This document shows, in pieces, positions 27,401-41,600 of a stretch of 64,000 nt of DNA. Origin of the DNA: Eledone cirrhosa (taxonomy: Eukaryota). The notes beneath the pieces were generated by a model. That model was not told the DNA's origin and searched no databases. It worked only from the letters and a program-made list of their open reading frames with translations. The stretch spans positions 13,020,001 to 13,084,000 of the forward strand of contig OZ024750.1 in NCBI GenBank assembly GCA_964016885.1, read 5' to 3'. Numbering within the stretch: the first letter of the stretch is position 1; each line of letters opens with the position of its first letter. Position numbers and translations under genes: made by a program.

Positions 27401-30372
27401 ACTAGTAAACAAACTAAAATGCCCTAAAACAACTTGTTACTACTTTAAATGAAATTAATAAGAAAAGCAGTTAAATAACCCTTCAAAATATGAATTACAT
27501 ATAATAAAACCCTCCTCTTCGTCATCATCGTCATCATTTAACATCCATTTTCCCACAATTGCATGGGCTGTCATGTTAAGAGACAAATCAGGTCTGGAAA
27601 CCAACATTCTCATATGGATCTGTATTGTGACTTGGTTTCTATGGCTAGATGCCCTTCTTAACACCAACCACATTACAGTGTGGACTGGGTGCTTCTTATC
27701 ATTGCACCAAAAATGTTTTATTATAACAGTGTTCCTATATATTATTTTCTACAATAAGATCCATAATGGGATAATTGTAATGGGGACCATTGTATTGGTT
27801 CCTGGTAAACCGAAGAAGTCATATCAACTAAATTATCAATATTTTGTCGGGACTGTTAATGTGATTTGTTTTATTGAAATGTAGATTAAATTATCTAAAG
27901 GCTTTTCATTACTTTCACCATTAATAGTTACTCAGAGAAACTCTTATCTCTGAGTGGTTTGTCCCTTAGTTCCTGCAGAAAGCCTGTTGTTCAGTCTCCC
28001 TTTTTCCTTTCATCAAATGGGAATTGAATTTTATCCTTCAAAGAATAATTCACCTTTTCTAAAATTTACAACACTTCTATTTACTCCATTCAAAATAGGA
28101 TGGAAATAGAAATTTCACAATACTGCAACAGCATCTCCTTGTAGACATAATTATCACTACTTTGGTATTTGTTTTCTTTCCTCCTTTAAATAATGTATCA
28201 TATATAACCATGTGAGAAGAATTGTTTTGATAGATCTCTTCCAATCTCTACCCCTGTGTTTTGTCGTATGTTACAGCAAATGTTGACTTGCAAATGAAAG
28301 TCAAAGGTAACTCAGTCTCTTGAGACATAATGCATCATTTCAAGTGTAAAAAGATAACATTTTTCTCCTGGAAGTGACCATCACTAGCATTCTTTGCAAG
28401 TCCTTCAATAGACATGTTATTTATTCCTCATTAAAAACCTGTTCTATTCTTTAGTAATAACATTAAAATTTAACTGCTTTTCTTAAGTTAGTAATAAAAT
28501 TTACTTCAGATACATAAGTGTGTAAACTTAATGAAAGATTTTCATTAAATTTAACAATGTATGTACTAAAGCTACAATAATCTATAGAAATGAAACAAAA
28601 ATCAATACAAAATTATTGAAAAATTAAAGAAAATAGCTAAAAACTTAAAATGAAGCAAACATATACATATTACAAACATTTTATTTTCTGGAAATTACTT
28701 TTAGTGCCACCATGTTGAAAACAATGTACTAATTACTCGTTATTTTCTACATAGCACAACATTAATGTTTATGTAAAGGTAATTCCATCATGATTGTAAT
28801 ATATCAAATGTGAATGCAAAATGCAAAAGAATAATTCAAGCTAAATTATTAAAGCAAATAAAATTTTTCAACTATAAGCAACAAAAATGCCTTATTTATT
28901 CTGTTAAACTTTTAATTAGGTTTAAAAAATGCTTGATGCTATAGATTTAGAAACCTGCTTTTACTTATAAACAATATTTTAGATTCAGATTTTTATAATT
29001 GTATGTCTTATTTTGTTAAAATTGAATAAATTACAAAAGTTATTTTTGTTTAAAAAATATTTCAGTATAAATTATTTAAAAAATGTTTAGATTTATATAA
29101 AATTAGAATTGTGTCTTTATATATTTTGCTTCTCATATCTATATAATGACCATATGTATATAATGACTATATGTATATAATGACTATATATATATAATGA
29201 CTATATATATATAATGACTATATATATATAATGGCTATATATATATAATGACTATATGTATATAATGACTATATGTATATAATGACTATGTATATATAAT
29301 GACTATATGTATAAAATGACTATATGTATATAATGACTATAAATATATAATGACTATAAATAAATAATGACTATATGTATATAATGACTATATGTATATA
29401 ATGACTATATGTATATAATGACTATATGTATATAATGACTATATGTATATAATGACTATATGTATATAATGACTATATGTATATAATGACTATATGTATA
29501 TAATGACTATATGTATATAATTGTTTCTACTTTAGGCACAAGGCCAGCAATTTGAAGGGGGAGGGGAAAGTAGATTAAATCTACCCAAGTGCATTACTGG
29601 TACTTTATTTTATCGACCCCATAAGAGTGAAAGGCAAAGCTAACCTCAGCGGGATTTGAACTCAGAACATAAAGGGCCATAACACTATGCTGCAAATTAT
29701 AGTGTCTGACACTCACCGATACTGCCAATATAATGATCATATGTATATAGTGACCATTCTTGTAGAATATATTTGAGTTATAATAACAAGTAATGCAGTG
29801 GACTAAATTGATGTCACAAAGTATAATTTAAAGATTAATTGTGAAAAAATTGTAAGAAAATCACCCTACAATTAGTTATTTTAAAAAATATCTTTCCATT
29901 AAATGAATAGGAAATTAGTGCTGATAAGTAATTTCCTCACTACCAAAGTATTACTAAATTAATATGAAAATTAATTTAATTGTTTCTACGTTTGGCACAA
30001 GGCCAGCAATTACCCAGTGCATTACTGGTACTTTATTTTATCGACCCCGTAAGGATGAAAGGCAAAGTTAACCTCGGCGGGATTTGAACTCAGAATAGCA
30101 AAGGCCGTAACTCTATGCATCAAAGCATGGCGTCCAACCCTCTACCAATACTGCCAATCCACCTAATTTAATAATACCTTCATAGTAGCTAACTTTGAAG
30201 AACATAACTTAAGTTTAAATCTTTTTTAAAAGTATATCACACTCATTTCTGCAGAAACATTTCAGATATCAATTTTTTTCTTTTTTAAATGAATAATAGT
30301 TTTATATTAATTTCAGTAATGTTTCAAATGTGACTGTAAAACTAAGTTATGGAATGAAACAAATGTTGCCCA

Positions 30373-30414
<42 letters not shown>

Positions 30415-33400
30415 TGAATTATATACTCAGTGAATTCTTTTATAGTTGGTACAATAAAAGAATTATAACTATTGTTTATAAGTATAAATGCTATGCAGGA
30501 TACTAAATTATGGCACTTACCCACCACTACGTTTAAATTTAGTACAATAGCAAACTGTAAGTTTCTCCTTCAAATTAACGTATAGACCAATAAATATATA
30601 AAAATCTATAAGAATCTTAGAACATAACATTTGATAAAATGTTGGGAGATAGGGCACAAAAAATGGAATGTTGACATATTTAGAAATAGATAAAGTAGTA
30701 TATAAATATATATCATGCAATTAGATATATCATGTTTCTCACCTTCAATTTTCAATTTAGCTGCTGTCTTATCATTATCAACACATGCCAATACTGTACC
30801 AGCATCACTGAAGTTTGCTTCTTTTATGATTAATTTATGTATTGTTCCTTTTGCAATTATTTCATAACGATTATCACCAAGGTTGATCTCCTTTCCACCT
30901 ATAAACCATTTGACATGAGCTCCAGGTCTAGATACTTCACATGAAAATTCTGTTCTGCCAAGTTCTTTAACACTTTTATCTCGAATCTTCTGAACAAACT
31001 TAGCAGGTAATGCTGGGAAGATTTAAAATTATTGTTAATAAACAGCCGAATTATCAGAATATTTAAAAGAGGGTAAATATAGAAAATGAATTGGATTCAA
31101 TATTTTAAGTATGAGCTTTTTTTAAGTTGATAAGTTTTCATAATTTTGATAGTAAAAATTTACTATAAAAATTTTCAACAACTTAAATGAAACAATGTTT
31201 CAATTGATACCAATATACTGAATCCATTTCATTTTTTGCCACGGGAAGGAAAAGAGAAATACAAAATATGAATGTAAATGATATTTTAAATAAGTATATT
31301 CATTTCTAAACATAAAATATATAATTATAAATATTTATTACATAGAAATGAAACACTTATTAATCTTTCCTTCCAGTGGTCTTTTAATATAAAAATATAA
31401 TGATAACCCTCGCTTTCCCTGACAACCTGTCCAGCTGACAACTGATTGATCTTGAGGTTCAATAATCTTAAACCTTCATTGTTGATGGGCTTCTTGAAAA
31501 TTGATATTAGTACAATAATTAGTAAATGAGAAATCGATGATGTTAAATAATAGTTTAATTATAAACAAAATGTTGCGTTTGATGGGAGTATGTTAGTTAG
31601 TATTGTGAAGAATACATAAAATGTATATAACTTACCTGTATTAACCATATTATTATTTTACAAGATAAATAGTTGTGATAACTATTTCTAAAATATTTCT
31701 TCCCTATGCACCATATTAGAAAGATAATTTGCATATAATTGCAAAGCAAATATCTTTGACTGTGCATTTGAAATAAATTTATTAAGATTGTATCTAAATC
31801 TAAGTAGAAAATATCTGTAAAAATGAAAGTTTTCATTTTGTTTTGAACTTGAAATCTGAAAATAAGTTTTATATAAGATTTTATTGAAATAAACTTCTAC
31901 TAACATGAAATTATATTTCTTACCTGCTACTGTTAACTTGGCTTTGCAGTCTTTCTCAAGTAATTTTGCTGTTACTTCACACTCATCAGATGGAACTATA
32001 CCCTTAATTGTAAGGGTATGGGTGAAACGATTCCACTCAGTTTTATACTTAGTGTTCTTAGATAGAGGTTTACCATTCAAGAACCATTGAACTGGAGCTT
32101 CATCGTCATTTGTTGTGCATACAAAAACAGCTTCACCTTTTTCAGGGACACTCAAATCTTTAAGGACATCAACGAAATCAGGAGGAACAGCTACAAAGGA
32201 AAATGAAGGAATAAATGGAAGTCTTTTAACATAATTTTATTTAGATTAAAAATAGTCATTTTCGAAGCCTCAACATACCAAGCATAAGTTATCAAACAGC
32301 AATTTTAAATATAATTTTCCATAATGAATATCTCATCTCTCTCCACACACACACATACACACACACATTTATATATATGTATATATGTAATATAAATATA
32401 TCTACTTACGTTCCACAAACAATTTGCCTTCAGTTGTAATTTTGCCATATGAACAAGACACGGCACCTTCATCAGCGGGACGACATTTGCTAATAACCAT
32501 AGTATGAATTTTACCATCAGCTTTGAAATTATATTTGGGGCTAGCTTCAATTTCTTCACCGTGTATTTTCCAAGCCACGATTACATCAGCAACAAAGAGT
32601 TCACATTCAAATGTTGCACATTCTCTTTCTTTTACTTCCACGTTTTCTAGTGGTCTTACCCATTTCCACTAAATATAAAATACATATATAAATGTTATAT
32701 GTTATCACAGAATCTATAGTACATATAATAACTTCATTCATTATTTTCAATATAAACATAAGTTAAGGATTAAACAATTTTGTTCACTTATGTTACTTTT
32801 TTTAGTCTAACTAATTCTGTTTTCTCAAGCAAATAATAAGTTATAATATAACATTTTAAATTTCTTTCTCTTTATATCTTCAAATTTTAATCAAATATGC
32901 TAGAGAAAGATAACTACAGAGGCATCAAATTGATGGACCAGGTCAAACTGTTACTTCTAACAATTATCTCAGTATAATTTAGTAGAAACTTTCATAAATT
33001 AAATCCTTATTTAGACTGATTGCCTATTGATTTAATATGGATTTAATAGGAAAGCCAGCTTAATTTTTAAATTCTCGTATTGAAATTTAAAACTGTTTCT
33101 AACAAATTTATAATTTTTCTCACCGTTTTCTTGACAATTTTGAAGCCACCATCTTCAATAGTAGCAGAATCTTTTTCTTTTGGTTTCTTTTCATACTTAT
33201 CTTCAGGTTTCTTTTTATCTTTCACTTTTTCGTCTTTTCCTGGTGATTTCTTATCCATCTTGACAAACTCGATATCTTCGCGTTGTTCAATATCATATGT
33301 CTTGTTTTTGAATTCATCCAACTAAAACAAGAAATACATAAAATATAAACACAAAATAGGAAATTAACAAATAAATTGTAATAATTAGTCCATTGCAATG

Positions 33401-36400
33401 TTGACTTAAAAGTTACATTACTGTTCAGTAATTAAATTATTTTTAATTTCAAATATCTATGATAATATTTTAATGAGTTTAATTCAATAATATTGTCATT
33501 TATTTTGCATTTCTTTAATAGGAAATTATCATCTTAATTTTTTTTATTCAAATAAATAAGATATATTAAACTGATCAATTATTTATATAAGCTGATATTT
33601 AAGAATTAGAATAGCAATATAACATATATAAATACATATATATCAATAGAATACAAATATTCACTCCCAAATATTTACAAATTCTACTTACTTCAGGTCT
33701 CTCTCTCTTCTTTAGATCGAATGATATTTCTTCTGATTCAATTTCCATTGTACGTTTGGTTGGTTCTTGTTTGATTGATTCTTGTTGTTCTAGTTCAACC
33801 TTACGAAGATTAATATCAATACCTTCTGCTTCTTCTAATTCGCGCTCTTCTTGCTCCCTGCATTAAATAGGTTTTTAAATTAGAAAACATAATTTCTATG
33901 CTAATTCTTTAATGTCTGTGGTTTCAAAATCTTTTTTTTCCAATAATTATTCACATAAATTTCACATAATTTATTGTATTCACCTCAGACTCTTTAATTA
34001 ATTACAAACTTTTTTACGAATATGTAAGCGTATAAATAAATATATATATATATATCATCATCATCATCGATTAACGTCTATCTTCCACGCTAGCATGGGT
34101 TAGACGGGTTTCTCCCATTTAGAGGCAAGTTGGGTCGGGTGACCGTGTCTTGCTCATATAGGAGAGTTTCTGGCTGGTTTTCTATGGTTGGATGCCCTTC
34201 CTAACACCAACCACATTGACAGTGTGTGCTGCGTGCTTTTTGCCATATCTTTTACATGTTCACATTACAGTGTGAATATATATTTACATAAAAATATATT
34301 TAGGAAAAAACACATATATATATATATTGGAAAATGTGTGAGATCCTTGGTACAGTTTTTTTAACACTACAAGTGAAGTCATTCTTTTCCTTTTTTTCAA
34401 ATATATATATATATATATAAGCGCTTTTTTCCTTCTATACACAGACACATATACAAAGAAATAATATTTTAGAACTTCAATAATTGTACCTATGTTTTAA
34501 GGCAGCTTTCCAGTCAGTTTCTTCCTCTTCCTTGTCTGTTACAATAAGAGTTGCAGGAGCAGATTCCGTGCCATGTTCATTAGTTAATGTCACAGTATAT
34601 GTGCCTGCATCACCAGGTTTGGTTTTGTCCATCTTCATCACCTCTTCTCCAGTTTTGTCATCATAGTAGATTTTAATACGTCCACCATCTTGAAGTTTCA
34701 TCCACTTTCCTTTAGACCATTCAATCTTAGGTTTAGGATCACCGTCAATCTTGCAACGGAATTCTGTGTCACCATCTTAAAATGTTAAAAAGTATAGAAT
34801 ACAAAATATTAAAAATAGTTCGGAACTAGAAACTTTTTTGATAAAATTAAATCTATGAAAATAGATATTTTTATTTTAATTAACAGTAATTTCAGATACA
34901 ATAAAGTTTCCCTTACCTTCTAAGACAGTACATTTCTGAGGTAGTTCAATGAAGAAAGGTGCTTTGCCTCTAACATCAAGATTGGATTCAGCAGTAGCTT
35001 CTCCTCCCTTGTTGGTTGCAACAGCTTTCAGTTTTCCTTTCATTTCAGGGTTAGCTTTATCAATGGTAACAGTATATTCATCTTTCTTTGGTGAATCAAA
35101 GTGGATGGTTTCACTTTCTTTGAGCTCCATGTTATTGATATACCTAAACATAACATAATTATATATTCATATTATAAAGAATAAAAGAATAATTGAAAAG
35201 AATGCTTTTATTTAAAAATACATATTCAATATTAAATTTCCAAGAACTTTTACATTTATATAAAATCCTAAAATTGTTAAAGATATTTTCAAATAAACTC
35301 TATACTAACCAGGTAACAGTAGGTGTTGGTTGTCCACTGACTTTGCACTCAAATGTAACAGAACCATTCTCAGGTACCAATTTATCAACAGGTTTCTTGA
35401 CAAAGGATGGCTTTTTAACAGCTGTCGATATAAATTTATTATATTAAAATAATGTTGAATTTTTCCATAGGAATTTATAATGAGGAGGAAAACAATGTGC
35501 ATAGAGAAAAATATATTTAGAGAATAATTTGTACAGTGTATGAGATTACAAAAATACCCCATAACCAGAAAATAAAACATATTCAAATATTAATTTAATA
35601 ATTCAATAATCTTTCAACTTGAATGAGTTTTAGTTATCATCCACTTTAAAAACATTACTAAGTTAAGCTTTTTTCAAAGAAATAAAGCAGTTTATATTTA
35701 AAAGAATCTTAATAACTCTACAGCTTATTCAAGGAAAGCTCTTCTTTATTTGCATTATCTACTCATTAAGAATTACATTAGTTAATTCTTGATTCATAAT
35801 ATCAGAAAGAAATCTTTAAAAAAATATTGATGAAAAACTAAAAAAAAAAAAACATGAAACTTACGAATAACTTTCAAACGGCCATTGCAAGCCATTTGAC
35901 CAGCAGAATTTACAGCACGAGCAGTAAATAATCCAGCATCTTCTGAAGAAACATACTTAATTTGAAGTGTATGTTTATCATCTTCAACCACAAACTTCAT
36001 GTTGTCATTCTCTGTCAATTCCTTATTGGCTTTGAGCCTAAAATATAAATTTTATATTATGTCAATTGAAATAAAATTTCCTTTTCACTTTCAAATAATA
36101 ATCAATGAATATTTATTACACCCTTTACATATCAACAACACAACTAAAAACTGCAAAATTAAATAAATTGAGATGAAAACAATGAATAAAGTTAATGGTT
36201 GAGTATTTTTTATATAATAGAAAGTCTCCCTAAAACATTGTCACAATTTTACATCACTAATGATATCTAGGGTTGATGTATAAAATATCACTTTGTTCAA
36301 TTTGTGAAGAACTGTAAGAGCCTGACAATATTTCAGACAGTGTCCAATCTTAGTCTTCACCACCATTGCCTAAACTTTCAGGGATTGCCTTCTTTGTACA

Positions 36401-38569
36401 TAAGGTTTTTCATATGAATAAATTTTATTTATAGATTTCAAAAGAAACCAGGGAAATAAAACCAAAGAAAATAAAAGCAAACATCTGGTTTTCTATTTTG
36501 GTTTAATATGAAATGTTGATGTGATCATTCTATAAATCTGCCATGAAATGAAAAGGAATAATATTTATTACTTACCAGACAACATTAGGTTTAGGTTTGC
36601 CAGTTACTATGACTTCTAGATTGAGAGTTTCTAATTCATCAATTTCATAATTTTCCAGTTTCTTAACAAATTTGGGTGTTTCTTTCTTTTCTGTAAAACA
36701 GAGTAGAATCAGTTGAAAAGAGTTTCTTAGTCAACAAAAAATTATAAAACAACTTCTTGAAAAATAATTATCTATGCAGCTTTTATTTTTTCGACTCCAC
36801 CATAAAAATTCAATTGAACTCATTTGCCACCAGCTGTACTGTATTATTTTGGGTGTCAAACAAATAGATAGAGCCAAAACTGAACAGATTCTGGCAACCA
36901 CAAAAAGAAAACATCTTATGGATATATTTATTTGCAACCAGCTTCATACTCTTGATCATTGGCTGAGAAGCCCACAAGAGACAACAGCCCACAACTATGT
37001 CTTATACACTAGAACACAAGGCAAAAATAGCAGAAGTCAAACTTGCACAACATATGCAAAGAAACATACAAAACTTCCCTGGCCTTAGCATAAATGAGAT
37101 ATATCAACATACGATGGATATGAAGGCATGTGGTCAGCAGTTTTGACACACAAGCTCCTCACTAATAAAGTACAATACAGCTTAGATGCCAAAATAAAAT
37201 TTTATTTGTGGCAAATAAATAATTATCAAAGATTTTAAACTATTATGATTTTAAAAAGAACAAAATTTACTATGACTTGTAAATAATATATAATTGATTA
37301 TTACTTTAATATTTTAATATTGTTTAATATAATTTACCTTCTACAATAAATTCTGCTTCAGTTTCTGCTTCACCAGCAATATTTTTAGCAACTGCTTTAA
37401 TAATGCCTGCATCTTCCAATTCAGCAACATCAATCTTTAGAGTATGCTGAATATCTGAAAAGGCTTTTTTAGTTTCCAACTTGAATCTTTCATTGGATTC
37501 AACAATCTTTTGGTTTATATACCAGGTAACTTCAGGTAATGGAATACCTTTAACACCAACATCAAAGGAGATTGGTCGGCCTTCACGGCAATCTTTCTTT
37601 GTAAGTTTCCTTGTAAATACAGGTGCCTCAGTTTTTTCTATAGATATAATATGATAAATATATTAAATATATACTCATAAAAATATATACTCATAAACAT
37701 ATATACTCATGAAAAATATATATACTCATAAAAATATATACTCATAAAAATGTAAGTTTAGAAATGAAAATTATTTTCAAGCATTAGGATAGAGTAAATT
37801 ACTTATGATGTCTAAATTTAATACCTTATGATGTATGAATGCACAATATTTTCAAGGATTAGGATAGAGTAAAATACTTATGATGTATGAAGTGAATTCC
37901 TTATGATGTATTAAGTGAATTCCTTATCATGTACAAAATAGGATAAATTTAATCTATTTACCTTCTACAGTAACTTGGCATGTACATTCTGCAGTTCCAG
38001 CAGGATTTGTGGCAACACATTTATATATTCCACCTTGATCTTTCTTTGATTTGGCAATTTTGACAATACAGGTAGATCCATCTTGAGTTATCTTAACATC
38101 AGCTGTTGATGTGATTGGTTTATCATCCCTAAAATAAAATAAAAATGTTAATATATGTATGCATGTGTGCGCATGTATATATATATACTTGAGTCTTTGG
38201 TAGAGTTTCACAACTATAATAAATTATACATCACTCTACTCAGGTATTGAGTATCATTTCCCCCATTTGTACAATATATACATACATATCATCATCATCA
38301 TCATTTTACGTCCGCTTTTCCCTGCTTGCAAGGGTGGGACGGGAACTGATTCTGGCTTGATTTCTACAGCTGGATGCCCTTCCTAACACCAACCACATTT
38401 ACAGTGAGTGCTGCGTGCTTTTTCCATGGCTCCTACACGTCCACTTTACAGTGGAATGATAGGGACCCCAGTCCCTATCATCTCATTTCTACAGCTGAGT
38501 AAACTGGAGCAATGTGAAATAAAGTGTCTTGCTCAAGGAAACAACACATCACCCGGTCTGAGAATTGAA

Positions 38570-38604
<35 letters not shown>

Positions 38605-41600
38605 CATATTTATACATGCCACACAAAGCCCCTTCTGCTCACAGAAACTACCAAGCTGAATAGTCTCCACTCCATTTCAACATCCTCAGTTTGCTCATGG
38701 AGTTCTCTGAATTTGGATGCAATAGTATCTGAAAACCTGGTCCTGACTTACTTATCTGTCAGTGTTTCCCACTTTATCCTGTAGGTTGAGCTGGACCTGC
38801 AGGTTGTGTGGCCATTCTTGGTTTTAGGCAGTCTCAAGTTGCAGATAACTAAATGGTAATCAGTTGATAGCTGAACCCCTCTCTTAACACAAACATCCAG
38901 CACAGAATCAAAAAGGTCAGAAACAAAAACAAAATCAATTATTGATTTCTGTCCCTGATTCCCCTTATATCATTATTATATATTTTATATATAATAAAGT
39001 TTTTATTCATAAAAGGTTTGGTGCTGTTATTAATGAAATACTTACTTAAACCATTTGATTGTTGGTTTTGGTTCACCAGATACTTTACATTTGATTTCAA
39101 CAGGCTGTACCTCCATAATTTTCTAAAATAAAATGATAATGAGTAAATATGTAATTGTAGTAAGCATTATTAACATTTACTGCAGAATAGAGATAAATTT
39201 ATTCAGATATATCATTTGTAAAAATAATGTAAAAACGAATAATGGCAGGGAAAATTAAAGTATAAATTAGTGTGTTTAAGCTAAATTGAATTAGTTAAAA
39301 CTAAATATTCTCTATATATTGGAATCTATAAGTTAAGTTGATGAGGGGTACAGGATGTCCAAAACCAAACAAAGAAAACAATATCTTACCATAGAGTCAG
39401 TAACATCTTCGAATTTAGGTGGTGTTTGAACCTTTTGAACTGGTTCCTTCTCTTCTTTCGGTTTTTCTAAAAACAAAACAATGTTTATGTGTTAGAATTA
39501 AACATTTTCAAATAGATTTATAATACAAAAATTAACTTTAATTTAATTGTAATGAACTATACATGAAGCTAAATTTGTGTATATTTTTGAAAATAAATTA
39601 AGTTAGCGAATAATCGAGCTGTATTAAGATAAGTTATTTTTAACAAGATTAACATTTTACGGAATTCTACTGACCTTCCAGTGAAACAGTAGCTTCACAT
39701 TCAGCAGAACCAGCAGAGTTTGTAGCAACACATTTGTAAACACCAACTTCATTCTTAGAGAATTTGCTGGTTTTTAATATACAAATTGTGCCATCTTGAG
39801 TAAGTTTGGTAAGTGATGTTGGTTTGATTTCTTTGTTGTCTTTAAACCATTTAATGGTAGGCTTAGGTTCACCAATAATCTTACACTTCAGTTCTAGAAC
39901 ATCATTAGATTTAAGTGATACTGGCTGAATAACTTCTTCAAATTCAGGTTTCTTCTGCTCTGGTTTCTCCTCTTCCTCTTCAGGTGAAATAGTAGCTTCA
40001 CACTCGGCAGAACCAGCAGGATTTGTTGCAACACACTTATAAACACCAATGTCGGTCTTTGAGCATTTATTGGTTTTCAATATACATATTGAACCATCTT
40101 CAGTAAGTCTGGTAAGTGATGTTGGCTTAACCTCTTTGTTGTCTTTAAACCACTTAATGGTAGGTTTGGGTTCACCAATTACTTTACATTTTAGTTCCAA
40201 AACATCATTAACTTTGATGGTTCTTGAACTGAAGATCTCTTCAAATTCAGGTTTCTTCTGTTCTGGTTTCTTTTCCTCTGGTTTCTTCTCTTCTGGTTTC
40301 TTTTCTTCTGGTTTCTTTTCTTCTACTACAGGTGAAACAGTAGCTTCACATTCAGCAGACCCAGCAGAGTTTGTAGCAACACATTTGTAAATTCCAAAAT
40401 CTGTCTTTGAAATCTTTGGTATTTTTAGAGTGCATTGTTGTCCATCTTGAGTAATAATGCTCTTGGAAGTGTTTCTTATTTCTTTGCCATCCCTGAAGCA
40501 AATGAAAATAAAATTATCAGAAGTTCATAAATATAAAATTATTAGAGGATTAAACAGGAATAAGCAACCCAGGATCATGACATCTGGCAGTATGCAGTAA
40601 TACAGAGACCTGCCTTCCATAAGTTGAAACATACATCTAGTATGCACCACTTTCCCCTACCTTCCTCCCCTTCTATACACCTCCCACGTCCTAACAATCC
40701 ACCCACATCTTAACACCCACACCCCTCACCCATGTCCCTAGATTTACCTCCCCAATCCCCATGCACCTTCCCACCCAAGCCCCCAGCCCACACCGTAAAG
40801 GGGTCGTGTTGGTGACACAACAAAAAGCACCCAGCCCACATTATAAAGTAGTTGGCATTACGAAGGGCATCCAGTCATAGAAACCAAGCCAAAGTCAGAT
40901 CTGTATAAGCAAGTCATGGTCACCGGATCTGGCTTGTCTCACAACAGGACAACTCGTCTCATCCATGCTAACATGGAAAAATGAAGATAATGTTCTATAC
41001 TTACTTGTACCATTTCACAGTAGGTGTAGGTTCACCAATAACTTTACTCTTCAAAACTATATCTTCCTTTTCTTTTAGCTCCTGAATCAAAGAAAAGAAA
41101 AAGTTATAGTTCATACCTCTGGCTAATTAACTAGACTAAATGATATTAGACATTAAAATCACTAAGACAGAAAAGATCAGGTTACTGAAAAACTTTATGC
41201 TATTTTCTGTTTCTTCCTGCTGCTTCTAATGACTAATATCATTTTAAGTGAAACATTTAGTTGTTATTATACTATAGTAAACTGTTTTACTTTACTGAAC
41301 TTAGGCACATTTAATATCAGCAGTGTTTAAACACATTACTATATTGTAACAATAATATCTTAAACAAAATGAAATTTAGCCATAGCTCAGACATGTTTGA
41401 GATAATAATCAAAAACTGTTTGATGTTATAGATAGAAAATATTGAAAGAAAATATCAAAAGGAATGTATATAGATTCTTTGATTTAGTGCTACAGTTTTC
41501 AATATAATCAATACTTACGCAAGGCTGAATAACTTCTTCAAATTCTGGTTTTTCTTCTGTTATGATGAAAAATAAAAGTTTTATTAATTATAAAATTATT

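Noticed and set aside
29141-29520. CRISPR-like appearance of regular arrays (also 52898-53545)
   Set aside because: Direct tandem units with no unique spacers, no cas genes, eukaryotic intron context
31631-31645. cag|GTAAGT recursive splice site
   Set aside because: Intron is under 1 kb and lacks a polypyrimidine tract before the AG
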